Position numbers and translations under genes: made by a program. A stretch of DNA of 64,000 nucleotides from an uncultured Lachnospiraceae bacterium. GTDB taxonomy: Bacteria; Bacillota; Clostridia; Lachnospirales; Lachnospiraceae. The notes under the pieces are model-generated. The model saw only the letters and a list, made by a program, of their open reading frames with translations, was not told the origin of the DNA and did not search any database. Of this stretch, positions 1-9,623 are shown in pieces. The first letter of the stretch is position 1, and each line of letters starts with the position of its first letter. Location of the stretch: assembly GCA_945949045.1 (NCBI GenBank), contig CAMFDG010000005.1:3192-67191 (forward strand). The letters are read 5' to 3'.

Positions 1-495
1 AAGCCCCCCGGTCGCCACAATGACAGCATCCGAAAGAAGGCATCTGCCATCCGAAAGCTGCACGCCGGTCACATGATTTTCCTCTGTGAGCAGTTTTTCT
101 GCTCTGGTATGAAGCCTGACCCTCACTCCGGCACGGTCTAAAGCCCGTTTCATGGCGGCAATCACATCTGAGGAGTGATCCGATCGGGGGAATACCCGAT
201 TTCCCCGTTCCACCTTGGTAGAAAGCCCCTGCTCCTCAAAAAAAGAAATTACCTGCTGATTGTCAAATCCATAGAAGGCACTGTAGAGAAATTTCCGGTT
301 GCTCATCACATTTGCGAAAAGGTCATCCATTTCCCCGGCATTGGTTAGATTGCACCTTCCTTTTCCGGTAATAAACAGTTTTTTGCCAAGCTTCTCATTC
401 TGTTCTAAAATCGTCACTTCATTTCCACCGGCCGCGGCTTGGCATGCAGCCATCATTCCCGCCGCACCGCCACCGATGACAAACACTTTCTTCAT
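1..495 (-). CDS. HI0933/BaiN-family NAD(P)/FAD-dependent oxidoreductase (runs off the window edge)
   Basis: Hand translation from ATG at 495: MKKVFVIGGGAAGMMAA...LGKKLFITGKGRCNLTN (GxGxxG plus GKGRCNLTN signature); ATGA overlap with the upstream gene's stop. Confidence 0.9.
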   Translation of the reverse strand, partial: MKKVFVIGGGAAGMMAACQAAAGGNEVTILEQNEKLGKKLFITGKGRCNLTNAGEMDDLFANVMSNRKFLYSAFYGFDNQQVISFFEEQGLSTKVERGNRVFPRSDHSSDVIAAMKRALDRAGVRVRLHTRAEKLLTEENHVTGVQLSDGRCLLSDAVIVATGGL

Positions 496-1418
496 GAATC
501 CATGTCCTCTAATTTCGCATAATGTGCCTTAATGGAATCGTCAATGCAGTTGATTTCGTCATTCTCATATACCTGATACTCATCCCAGATATCCTCCAGC
601 ATGGTCAGTGTACCTGCCACCTCCCTCTGCTTCTTCATACACAAGGCCACCACCAGTGCATTGATCACGGAGAGGGGTGCTACCAGCGAATCCACGATGG
701 AAGCCATATCGCTGTCTGCAATCAGATTACAGGAGGAATACAGATTCATCGGAGAATGAACGCTGTCTGTGATTGTAATCACCTTCGCACTTCGGTTATT
801 GGCAAACTCCAATGCCTTCAAGGTGCGCATGGAATAGCGTGGGAAGCTGATTCCGATAATCACATCTTCCTTACCGATGCGTACCATCTGCTCAAAAAGC
901 TCACTGGAGCTGTTGGTGGTGAGGAGCCGCACATCATCAAACATCAGATTCAGATAAAATCCAAGGAAGATGGCAAGAGGCGCGCAGCTTCTGATTCCAA
1001 CAATATAGATATGTCTGGCAGAAAGAATGGTAGAGACTGCCATCTCGAAAGCATTTTGATCAATTTTTTCCAGCGTTGTTTTAATTTTATCTGCATCTGA
1101 TTCCAATACGGTCTCTAAAATCTTCGACTGGCTGATTCTGCCATAGGTAACCTCCATACGCTGTACAGAGTTAAGCTTGTTGCGCACCAGTTCCTCCAGG
1201 GCCTTCTGAAATTCCGGATATCCCTTGTACCCCAGCGCGGTGGCAAAACGTACCACCGTAGATTCACTGACGCCAACGATTTCCCCCATTTTAGCCGCGG
1301 TCAGAAAAACAGCCTTATCGTAATTGTCCGTAATATAGGTGGCAAGCAGCTTCTGCCCCTTGCTCATCTTACTGTAATGCTGGTTGATACGATTCAACAG
1401 ATCATTTGTATTTGCCAT
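492..1418 (-). CDS. MurR/RpiR-family transcriptional regulator (HTH + SIS)
   Basis: GVSESTVVRFATALGYKGY HTH; SIS domain GISFPRYS, ITDS. Confidence 0.92.
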   Translation of the reverse strand: MANTNDLLNRINQHYSKMSKGQKLLATYITDNYDKAVFLTAAKMGEIVGVSESTVVRFATALGYKGYPEFQKALEELVRNKLNSVQRMEVTYGRISQSKILETVLESDADKIKTTLEKIDQNAFEMAVSTILSARHIYIVGIRSCAPLAIFLGFYLNLMFDDVRLLTTNSSSELFEQMVRIGKEDVIIGISFPRYSMRTLKALEFANNRSAKVITITDSVHSPMNLYSSCNLIADSDMASIVDSLVAPLSVINALVVALCMKKQREVAGTLTMLEDIWDEYQVYENDEINCIDDSIKAHYAKLEDMDS

Positions 1419-1481
1419 GATAAAAACCCCTCCGAATTTGTCACTGCATTTGATTTTAGCACTTTACGGAAGAAATGCAAG

Positions 1482-1524
1482 AAAAAAATCCCCACAGACA
1501 TATCATGCCCGTCTGTGGGGATTT
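1482..1524 (-). terminator. Rho-independent terminator after the decarboxylase operon
   Basis: Arms AAATCCCCACAGAC / GTCTGTGGGGATTT followed by a U-tract on the minus strand. Confidence 0.8.
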
Positions 1525-1535
1525 AAAATCTTATT

Positions 1536-2960
1536 TTATACCGGATAAGCTTTATTTTTGCTGTCCGCAGCCTTGGCGTCCACACCGGTCTGCTGTGCCT
1601 CACGGTACTTGAAGAAATCCGTTGCAACCTGTGGGAAGAGTGCATAGGTAAGCACATCCTCATCCTGCTGCTTGTACTGCTTCATCTCAGCCTCAATCTT
1701 ATCTAACTCCGGCTCAAGCAGATCTGCCGGACGGCAGGTAATTGCAGAAGCCTTCTCCTCCGGAGTAAGAACCTTGTCCACAACCTCCTGATTGAACGGC
1801 TTTACCGTCTGACCATACTTGCCCTCCAGGATACCCTTGGTCTCCTGGGTTGCGACCTTATATCTCTCGCCCATCAGGACATTAAATACAGCCTGTGTTC
1901 CAACGATCTGAGAAGATGGAGTAACAAGCGGCGGCTCACCGAGATCCTTACGTACTCTCGGAACCTCCTTTAATACCTCCTCGTACTTATCCTCAGCCCC
2001 CTGCTCCTTCAGCTGGGAAATCATGTTGGATAACATACCGCCAGGTACCTGATAGCGAAGCGTCTGGATATTAACACCCAGAACCTTCGGATTCAGAAGT
2101 CCACTCTCCAGTGCCTCATCTCTCATCGGACGGAAGTAATCTGCAATCTCAGCCAGAAGATTCTGATCCAGACCGGTATCATAAGGAGTTCCCTTAAAGG
2201 TCTCCACCATAACCTCTGTAGCCGGCTGGCTGGTACCGAGAGCAAACGGAGACATCGCGGTATCGATAATATCGACGCCCGCCTCAACAGCCTTTAAGTA
2301 AGTCATAGATGCAACACCGGATGTATAGTGGGTGTGCAGCTCGATTGGGATATCAACCGCATCCTTCAAAGCCCGTACAAGCTCGTCTGCCTTATATGGA
2401 ACAAGAAGACCTGCCATATCCTTGATACATAAGGAATTTGCCCCCATATCCTCAACACGTTTTGCCATTTCTACCCAATAGTCCATCGTATAGGCATCTC
2501 CAAGGGTATAGGACAATGCAACCTGGGCATGTCCCTTTTCCTTATTTGCAGCGGTAACTGCAGTCTGAAGATTGCGAAGATCGTTCAGACAGTCAAAAAT
2601 ACGAATGATATCAATACCATTGGCAATTGATTTCTGTACAAAATACTCTACCACATCATCTGCATAAGGGCGGTATCCCAGGATATTCTGTCCACGGAAC
2701 AGCATCTGCAGCTTTGTGTGTTTAAATCCGTCTCTTAACTTGCGAAGACGATCCCACGGATCCTCCTTCAGGAAACGGAGTGATGCATCGAAGGTAGCTC
2801 CTCCCCAGCACTCGACTGCGTTGTAGCCAACCTGATCCATCTTATCAATAATCGGAAGCATCTGCTCTGTTGTCATACGTGTGGCAATCATTGACTGATG
2901 TGCATCACGTAAGATTGTTTCCGTAATTTTAATAGGCTTAGCCTTCACTTCTGCCATCAT
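1536..2960 (-). CDS. oadA: Oxaloacetate decarboxylase alpha / pyruvate carboxylase subunit B-type carboxyltransferase, no biotinyl domain
   Basis: LRDAHQS, ECWGGATFD, CIKDMAG, HTH metal motif, QVPGGM, PPLVTPSSQIVG. Confidence 0.9.
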   Translation of the reverse strand: MMAEVKAKPIKITETILRDAHQSMIATRMTTEQMLPIIDKMDQVGYNAVECWGGATFDASLRFLKEDPWDRLRKLRDGFKHTKLQMLFRGQNILGYRPYADDVVEYFVQKSIANGIDIIRIFDCLNDLRNLQTAVTAANKEKGHAQVALSYTLGDAYTMDYWVEMAKRVEDMGANSLCIKDMAGLLVPYKADELVRALKDAVDIPIELHTHYTSGVASMTYLKAVEAGVDIIDTAMSPFALGTSQPATEVMVETFKGTPYDTGLDQNLLAEIADYFRPMRDEALESGLLNPKVLGVNIQTLRYQVPGGMLSNMISQLKEQGAEDKYEEVLKEVPRVRKDLGEPPLVTPSSQIVGTQAVFNVLMGERYKVATQETKGILEGKYGQTVKPFNQEVVDKVLTPEEKASAITCRPADLLEPELDKIEAEMKQYKQQDEDVLTYALFPQVATDFFKYREAQQTGVDAKAADSKNKAYPV

Positions 2961-2983
2961 TTTCCTCCTAAAATTTCATATCA

Positions 2984-4132
2984 CTAAATTCCAAAGATTG
3001 CCATAAAGCATCCTGCCGCAACGGCCGTACCGATAACACCGGCAACATTCGGGCCCATCGCATGCATCAGTAAGAAGTTGGTAGGATCCTCCTCTGCACC
3101 GACCTTCTGAGATACTCGTGCAGCCATAGGAACCGCCGAAACGCCGGCAGAACCGATCAGCGGATTGATCTTGCCCTTGGTGATCAGGCATAACAGCTTA
3201 CCAAACAGAACACCGGCAGCCGTACCAACCATAAATGCAACCAGACCTAATACAACGATCTTGATCGTGCTCCAATTCAGGAATGCCTCAGCACTTGTAG
3301 TAGCACCGACGGAGGTACCTAACAGGATAACGACAATGTACATAAGGGCATTGCTTGCGGTCTCCTGAAGCTGACGAACAACGCCGGACTCACGGAAGAG
3401 ATTGCCGAGCATCAGCATACCAACAAGAGGTGCTGTAGTCGGAAGAAGTACGCAGACAACAACCGTAACAACAATCGGGAATAAAATTCTCTCCAGCTTG
3501 CTGACCGGACGAAGATTCTTCATCTTGATGGAACGTTCTTTCTTCGTAGTAAGTGCCTTCATGATCGGAGGCTGGATAATCGGAACCAATGCCATATAGG
3601 AGTACGCCGCCACGGCAATAGGTCCTAAAAGTCCTGTCTGTCCCAGCTTACCGGCAAGGAAGATGGAGGTCGGTCCGTCTGCTCCACCAATGATGGATAC
3701 AGCAGCTGCTGCCTTATCGTTGAAGCCGAACAGAATCGCCAGAAAGTATGCACTGAAAATACCAAACTGTGCTGCAGCTCCCATCAGAAAGCTGATGGGG
3801 TTTGCAATCAGCGGACCAAAATCCGTCATCGCACCAACTCCGAGGAAAATCAGAGATGGTAAAATCGACCACTCGTCCAACTGATAGAAATAATAAAGTA
3901 AACCGCCCACGCCATTGCTTGTCTGCTCCGGGCTTGCAATGATATCCGGATAAATATTAACCAGAAGCATACCAAATGCAATCGGAACCAAGAGCAGTGG
4001 CTCAAAGCCTTTCTTAATTGCAAGATACAGGAAAACAAACGCCACAAGGATCATAACGTAATTGCCCCATGTCAGGTTAAAAAAGGCTGTCTGATGTAGG
4101 AGGTTTGATAATGTTTCGCCTACATAACTCAC
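2984..4132 (-). CDS. oadB: Na+-translocating decarboxylase beta subunit
   Basis: [47 protein letters not shown]; multiple TM segments. Confidence 0.93.
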   Translation of the reverse strand: MSYVGETLSNLLHQTAFFNLTWGNYVMILVAFVFLYLAIKKGFEPLLLVPIAFGMLLVNIYPDIIASPEQTSNGVGGLLYYFYQLDEWSILPSLIFLGVGAMTDFGPLIANPISFLMGAAAQFGIFSAYFLAILFGFNDKAAAAVSIIGGADGPTSIFLAGKLGQTGLLGPIAVAAYSYMALVPIIQPPIMKALTTKKERSIKMKNLRPVSKLERILFPIVVTVVVCVLLPTTAPLVGMLMLGNLFRESGVVRQLQETASNALMYIVVILLGTSVGATTSAEAFLNWSTIKIVVLGLVAFMVGTAAGVLFGKLLCLITKGKINPLIGSAGVSAVPMAARVSQKVGAEEDPTNFLLMHAMGPNVAGVIGTAVAAGCFMAIFGI

Positions 4133-4150
4133 AGTGTTTTCCTCCTTGGA

Positions 4151-4507
4151 TTAGTTTAATGTAGCAAGTAAAGCACCTGACTCAACAGCATCTCCTACTG
4201 CCACATCAATGCTTGCAACTGTTCCGTCCTGTGGTGCAACCACCGGTGTCTCCATCTTCATTACTTCGAGAACCAGAACGGTATCACCCTTCTTAACAGC
4301 ATCTCCGGTCTTTTTCTCGATCTTGAATACCTTTCCGGCTGCACCTGCTTCAATCTTCACGCTTCCTGCGCCTGTGGCTGCTGCCTGTGGCTTTGCAGCT
4401 GCTGCCGGAGCTGCCGCACGCTTTGGAGCTGCCTGTGATGAGCTTCCGGTCTCTTCTACTGTTACATCATAAACGTTACCATTTACGGTAATTGTATAAT
4501 TCTTCAT
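4151..4507 (-). CDS. Biotin carboxyl carrier protein
   Basis: EVMKME biotinylation motif, Ala/Pro linker, N-terminal YTITVNGNVYDV. Confidence 0.9.
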   Translation of the reverse strand: MKNYTITVNGNVYDVTVEETGSSSQAAPKRAAAPAAAAKPQAAATGAGSVKIEAGAAGKVFKIEKKTGDAVKKGDTVLVLEVMKMETPVVAPQDGTVASIDVAVGDAVESGALLATLN

Positions 4508-4535
4508 GAAAGTGATCCTCCTAAAATTAATCTCA

Positions 4536-5318
4536 TTATCTTCTATTAATCGAACGAACTACAAAATCGCTTGTAGAGGTTCCGGTGCTCGCAGCAATTG
4601 CAGCAGCAATTACGGCAATCAGTTCTGTGTCATCCGTCTGCGGAGCGCTGCCAGCCCCTGCAGCAGCAGGCTCAGTCTCCTGCTCAGGCTTCCCGGAAAC
4701 AGAGGAAACAGCCAGTTTCTTCTGCTCCTTCTTCTTCTCCAGATACGGGAAAATATTAAAGCAGGCAATCAGAAGACTGATCAGAATCAGTACGAGAAAT
4801 ACGATTCCCATAGAAATCAGTGTATTGATTCCGGCCTTGCTCATCTTCTCGCCGAGAGTATAAATCGGATCTACCGAAATACCGGTAATATCCATGGAAT
4901 AATAATCATAGACTACCTCGAAATTGACATCCTTCTTTTCGAACTTCAGCGTCTCGTCCGTAGTCAGCGTCTTGCCGGACTTGGTAACGGTAAAGGTTGT
5001 ATCCTCCACCGACTTTAATTCTCCAAACTCATCCAGAATATCCTGCCATTTAGCGGAAGCCGCAATCTGCTCTTCCGTTACACCGTAGGCCTGGATCAGC
5101 TGATCTGCAAGTCCGTCCGGCAGTTCCTCCGGATTCAGGTTATTCTGGGTGAACAGGTCTGTCAGGCCCTGGATCATACTCACGCTATTGTCCATGTCTG
5201 CCTGAAGGTCGTCATAGGATTTGCCATTGTAATCCACGGTAGTCGGGTCTGTTCCACAGGCACCAAGCATCAGGATCATCATGATCATGCCAAGTGCCAA
5301 AGCAATTCTCTTTTTCAT
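4536..5318 (-). CDS. OadG/gamma-family subunit with N-terminal lipoprotein extension
   Basis: Signal peptide with lipobox LGAC; TM GINTLISMGIVFLVLILIS; C-terminal ELIAVIAAAIAA...FVVRSI. Confidence 0.8.
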   Translation of the reverse strand: MKKRIALALGMIMMILMLGACGTDPTTVDYNGKSYDDLQADMDNSVSMIQGLTDLFTQNNLNPEELPDGLADQLIQAYGVTEEQIAASAKWQDILDEFGELKSVEDTTFTVTKSGKTLTTDETLKFEKKDVNFEVVYDYYSMDITGISVDPIYTLGEKMSKAGINTLISMGIVFLVLILISLLIACFNIFPYLEKKKEQKKLAVSSVSGKPEQETEPAAAGAGSAPQTDDTELIAVIAAAIAASTGTSTSDFVVRSINRR

Positions 5319-5332
5319 AAAACTTCACCTTT

Positions 5333-6769
5333 CTACTTGGTACCGTGCTTCTTTTCCGGCTCATGTACATATTTTGTATAAAGCATTTCAAATGCAGCCA
5401 CAAGATACTTTCTTGTATCTGCCGGCTCGATAATCCGATCTACATATCCTCTTGCGGCAGCAGAGGTAACAGAGGACTGGAGCTTTTCATATTCAGAAGC
5501 CTTCTCCTTAACCTCATCTGCTCCGGCATCCGGATACATGATCTTGGCTGCCAGTGTGGAATCCATCATGCCGATCCTGGCATCCTTCCACGCATAAACC
5601 AGATCTGCGCCGATCGACTTGGAATTCATAAATACATACGGGCTTCCAAAAGCCTCACCCGTAATCAGGTTCACCTTGGCGCAGGTGGCATTGGAAAAGG
5701 CATAGGTCATCTTAGCCAAAGCCTTAGCCAGGTTCTTCTCAGAGCACATACAGTTCTTGAAACCATTCACATTGGTAATGGAAAGAACCGGGATAGAGAA
5801 CGCGTCACAAAACTGAACAAACTCAGCAGCCTTATTGCAGCCTCTTGCTGTCAGGGAGAGATCAAAGCTTTCCGTCTTCTGGCCATTCTCATCATAAACC
5901 TCACTGCAGTTGGCAACAGCCCCCACCGTCATACCATTTAACTTAATAAGTCCTGTCACCATATTCTTGGCATAATCAGCCTTTGCTTCAAAAAACACAT
6001 TGCCATCCGAAATCTGGGAAAGAAGATATCTCGGATCTCCCTTCATGGCCTCCATGCTCTCACAGGCACGGTTTAAGTCATCCTCACAGGTATCTGTGTA
6101 CACATCTGACTCATTGTTGCCTGGAAGCATACATACAAGTGCACGGATCTGCTCCATGATCTCATCCTCAGAGCCTGCAAAATCCACACAGCCGCTGTTC
6201 TCACTCTGGAAAGCAGCACTGGCCGTATCACACTTCTCTGTGCGGTTGCCTTCAATGGCATCCGGAGAATTGACAAACATTCTGCCCTTATTCTCTTCAA
6301 CAAATGTAAAATCACTCAGCGCCGGAACAACGGAAAGTCCGCCGCCGCAGTTACCAAACACTCCGCAAATCTGTGGTACAAGTCCGGAAGCCTCAACCTC
6401 CTTCGCATAAATCGTACCAAATCCGTCTAACGCATCCACGGATTCCTGAAGTCTCACACCACCGCAGTCCATCAGACCGATGACCGGTGCTCCCATCTTC
6501 ATTGCCATATCGTACACAGAAGCAATCTTTTTTGCATGCATCTCTCCGATGGTTCCGTTCAACACCGAAGCATCCTGGCTGTAGATAAAAACCAGATTGC
6601 CATCGATCAGACCATGACCGGTAATGACACCATCTGAAGGTGCCTTTGCTGCATCCAGATTAAAATCTGTGCTGCGTGCTGTTACGAGAGAACCGATTTC
6701 CATAAAACTGTTCTCATCGACCAACTTGGCAATACGCTGCATCGCCAGGTTTTCATTGTTACTACTCAT
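5333..6769 (-). CDS. Acyl-CoA carboxyltransferase (MmdA/PccB-like)
   Basis: DGVITGHG, SQDASVLNGTIGEMHAKKI, GGVRLQES, C-terminal KKHG; start moved to ATG 6769 behind GGAGG. Confidence 0.85.
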   Translation of the reverse strand: MSSNNENLAMQRIAKLVDENSFMEIGSLVTARSTDFNLDAAKAPSDGVITGHGLIDGNLVFIYSQDASVLNGTIGEMHAKKIASVYDMAMKMGAPVIGLMDCGGVRLQESVDALDGFGTIYAKEVEASGLVPQICGVFGNCGGGLSVVPALSDFTFVEENKGRMFVNSPDAIEGNRTEKCDTASAAFQSENSGCVDFAGSEDEIMEQIRALVCMLPGNNESDVYTDTCEDDLNRACESMEAMKGDPRYLLSQISDGNVFFEAKADYAKNMVTGLIKLNGMTVGAVANCSEVYDENGQKTESFDLSLTARGCNKAAEFVQFCDAFSIPVLSITNVNGFKNCMCSEKNLAKALAKMTYAFSNATCAKVNLITGEAFGSPYVFMNSKSIGADLVYAWKDARIGMMDSTLAAKIMYPDAGADEVKEKASEYEKLQSSVTSAAARGYVDRIIEPADTRKYLVAAFEMLYTKYVHEPEKKHGTK

Positions 6770-6834
6770 CTTATGCCCTCCATCTCTATTAATCTGACAT
6801 AGCATTTTAAAAAATAAAATTTTCCGCTAGTGTG

Positions 6835-6863
6835 ATTGTATAACATTTCTTTCGGTATTTCAA
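6835..6863 (-). promoter_or_regulatory. sigmaA-type promoter of the decarboxylase operon
   Basis: TTGAAA-N17-TACAAT on the minus strand. Confidence 0.6.
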
Positions 6864-6868
6864 CTAAA

Positions 6869-6886
6869 TTGTTAAAGTTTTCACTA
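6869..6886. promoter_or_regulatory. Putative Rex operator
   Basis: TTGTTAAAGTTTTCACTA vs Rex consensus TTGTGAAnnnnTTCACAA; lies just upstream of the -35. Confidence 0.5.
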
Positions 6887-6916
6887 TTTAAAAACCAAAG
6901 TAACGATTCTTGTAAA

Positions 6917-8137
6917 TTACAAGAGAAATTCCTGAAAAACTGCCTGAAAAAAACTCTCAAAATCCCACTGGTGAATATCCTCGCCCGCACAGATATCAAA
7001 GGAATAGATGGTTTCCCCATTGATACAGTAAGATACCTTCCCCAGCTTTTTCCCTTTTTTCACAGGGAGTGTGACAATTTCCGTCATCTCCTTTTTTATC
7101 TGAGCCTGATCCCAGTCTGCTTTCAGAAATGTCATACTTTGATCACCACAAGCAACGGAAAGAGATAACTGTGTCTGCTTTCCCCACTCAGAAAGCTTCC
7201 CCTTGCGATACCCGCAGCCAATCCGGACCGGATCCAGCTCAAAGGCACTTTTCGATCCCTGATAGAGGTGATAATTGTCCAGCCCATATTGAAACAGTTT
7301 TTTTGCATCCTCCCACTTGTAATTCTTGTGATTGGGCCAGCCACAGCCCAGCAGTGCAATACAGAAACGCCGTCCCCCCTCCTCTGCGGCTGCCACATAA
7401 CAGTATCCGGCTTTGGAGGTATAGCCGGTTTTTCCGGAGAGTGCACAATCCATCATATCCAGAAACGCGTTTTTATTATACACCGCATAGCCTGTGCCGG
7501 ACAGACTGTTAAAGCTGTGGCTTTTGGTTCTTGTGATAGCAAGAAAATCGCTGCTTTTTGGTGAATCCCAGGTACAGTAGGCCATGATCCGGCAGAGATC
7601 GGAAGCAGTGGTGTGATGCTCACCGGCTTCATCCTCCGAATCCAGTCCATTCGGCGTCACAAAATGGCTGTCACTGCAGCCCAGCTCCTTCGCCTTCTCA
7701 TTCATCATCTTTGTAAAGCCCTCCACCGAGCCGCCCACCTGCTCCGCAATGGCATAGGCACAGTCATTATAGGATTCCAGCATAAGTCCGTAGAGAAGAT
7801 CTTCCAGATAAAACTGCTCCCCTTTCTTTGCGCCAAGATGTACCTTAGGCTGGGAAGTTGCCTGATCGCTGAAGGTTACCACATCCGAAAGATTCCCCTG
7901 TTCCAGGGCCAGAATGCAGGTGAGAATCTTGGTGGTACTGGCATTGGGCAGCGGCGTATACGCATCTTTTCCGTAAAGAACTCTCTGACTCTGGCCGTCC
8001 ATAAGGGCGCAGGCCTTAGAGTAAAGAGTTCCGGGATCTTTGTTTTCCTTTGTTTCTGCATAAATCGGGGAATTTTCCCCCAAAAACATGATCAGGCAGA
8101 TCAGCACTGCCGTGATTCGGGATACATATTTTTTCAT
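6917..8137 (-). CDS. D-alanyl-D-alanine carboxypeptidase (peptidase S11, DacB/DacF-like)
   Basis: Signal peptide; SxxK (ASTTK), SxN (SYN), KTG motifs. Confidence 0.9.
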   Translation of the reverse strand: MKKYVSRITAVLICLIMFLGENSPIYAETKENKDPGTLYSKACALMDGQSQRVLYGKDAYTPLPNASTTKILTCILALEQGNLSDVVTFSDQATSQPKVHLGAKKGEQFYLEDLLYGLMLESYNDCAYAIAEQVGGSVEGFTKMMNEKAKELGCSDSHFVTPNGLDSEDEAGEHHTTASDLCRIMAYCTWDSPKSSDFLAITRTKSHSFNSLSGTGYAVYNKNAFLDMMDCALSGKTGYTSKAGYCYVAAAEEGGRRFCIALLGCGWPNHKNYKWEDAKKLFQYGLDNYHLYQGSKSAFELDPVRIGCGYRKGKLSEWGKQTQLSLSVACGDQSMTFLKADWDQAQIKKEMTEIVTLPVKKGKKLGKVSYCINGETIYSFDICAGEDIHQWDFESFFQAVFQEFLL

Positions 8138-8200
8138 AAAAAAATAACCATATACATTTTGTTCATGTATATGATTATTTCTATTTTTTAGAACTTGCCG

Positions 8201-8770
8201 TCAGACATCCAGCTTTACCTGCATTTCCTCCTCGGCCTCCTGCTTGAATTCTTCCACCTGTACGGGGCTTAAGACGGGAAGCTCATCGATGGAATGCACA
8301 CCGAAGCTGCGCAGAAATTCCTCCGTGGTACCAAACAAAAGCGGACGTCCCGGCGCATCCAGCCGGCCGAGTTCACAGACCAGATGGTACTCCACCAGCT
8401 TGTTCACTGCGTGATCCGAGGAAACTCCGCGAATCTTCTCAATCTCCATCTTAGTTACCGGCTGCTTGTAAGCGATGATAGAAAGAGTCTCAAGAAGAAC
8501 ATCCGTCAGCACCCTTCGCTTGGGCTGCTTGGCAATGCGGATAAGGCACTCGTACATTTCCGGCCTTGTGCACATCTGGTAAGCGCCGTCCAGTTCCATA
8601 ATGGAAACTCCCCGGCCAGCCTCCTGCCACTCCTTCGACATCTCTTCCAGTAATGCCTTGGTTTTCTTTTTATCTAATTCAATGGCATCAGCAATCTTCT
8701 CCAGCTCTACCGATTCACCCATGGTAAAAAGGATTGCCTCGATCATTGCCTTATAAGTATTCTTCTCCAT
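8201..8770 (-). CDS. scpB: SMC-Scp complex subunit ScpB
   Basis: IEAILF, LETLSIIAYKQPVT, IRGV, APGRPLLFGTT. Confidence 0.95.
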   Translation of the reverse strand: MEKNTYKAMIEAILFTMGESVELEKIADAIELDKKKTKALLEEMSKEWQEAGRGVSIMELDGAYQMCTRPEMYECLIRIAKQPKRRVLTDVLLETLSIIAYKQPVTKMEIEKIRGVSSDHAVNKLVEYHLVCELGRLDAPGRPLLFGTTEEFLRSFGVHSIDELPVLSPVQVEEFKQEAEEEMQVKLDV

Positions 8771-8794
8771 AACAGCTCCGGCTGATTCCAGATG

Positions 8795-9544
8795 CTAAGC
8801 GGCAATCCTGGAATCAATCTTGATATCATCAAAAATATGCTCCTGGGAAATCACGATCTTCCCCATCTTCATCAGCTCAAGTATGGCAAGAAATGTAACG
8901 ATCACCTCCACCTTAGTGGGCTGATTCTCCAAAAGGCCCCGGAAGCTGAAATGTCTGTGGGAGGCCGCATAGTCCTCCAGCTCTGCCATCTTATCCTCCA
9001 GAGAGACCTCTTCCTTCTCAATCTTACCAAACTTGGAACGGACCGGATCGATCTTGTCCTTCTGCTTCTTCATGATTCCCTGAAAAATTGCATTGAGTCT
9101 GGCCAAAGTCACATCCGAAACCAGCTCTGCCACATCCACAGGCTCCTCATAAGCAAGAATCTCATCCGGAATCGTCGGCTCCTTAAACATGACACGCTGG
9201 GCATCAATCTGGCGGTCCTTCAGCTCATAAGCCATACACTTGTACATCTTGTACTCCAAAAGCTGCTGGACAAGCTCAGCCCGTGGATCCTCCTCTTCCT
9301 CTTCACTGTCCGGATCCTTCGGAAGGAGCATCCGTGACTTGATGTCGATCAGAGTCGCCGCCATCACCAGGAATTCACTCAGGGTATCCAGATCCTGGCG
9401 CTTCATCTCGGCCACATACTCCATATACTGGGCCGTGATCTCCACGATCGGGATATCATAAATATTTACTTTATTTTTCTCCAGCAGGTGCAAAAGAAGG
9501 TCCAGAGGCCCCTCAAACACCTGCAGCTTTACTGTCAGTTCCAT
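8795..9544 (-). CDS. scpA: Segregation and condensation protein A
   Basis: FEGPLDLLLHL, EFLVMAATLIDIKSRMLLP, FLAILEL. Confidence 0.95.
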   Translation of the reverse strand: MELTVKLQVFEGPLDLLLHLLEKNKVNIYDIPIVEITAQYMEYVAEMKRQDLDTLSEFLVMAATLIDIKSRMLLPKDPDSEEEEEDPRAELVQQLLEYKMYKCMAYELKDRQIDAQRVMFKEPTIPDEILAYEEPVDVAELVSDVTLARLNAIFQGIMKKQKDKIDPVRSKFGKIEKEEVSLEDKMAELEDYAASHRHFSFRGLLENQPTKVEVIVTFLAILELMKMGKIVISQEHIFDDIKIDSRIAA

Positions 9545-9623
9545 TGTTCTTCCCTTTCCACTGCAATCTCTATTTTAACTTGATATTGTGGAAAATGCAA
9601 GAGCAAATTACTATATTTAGTGT

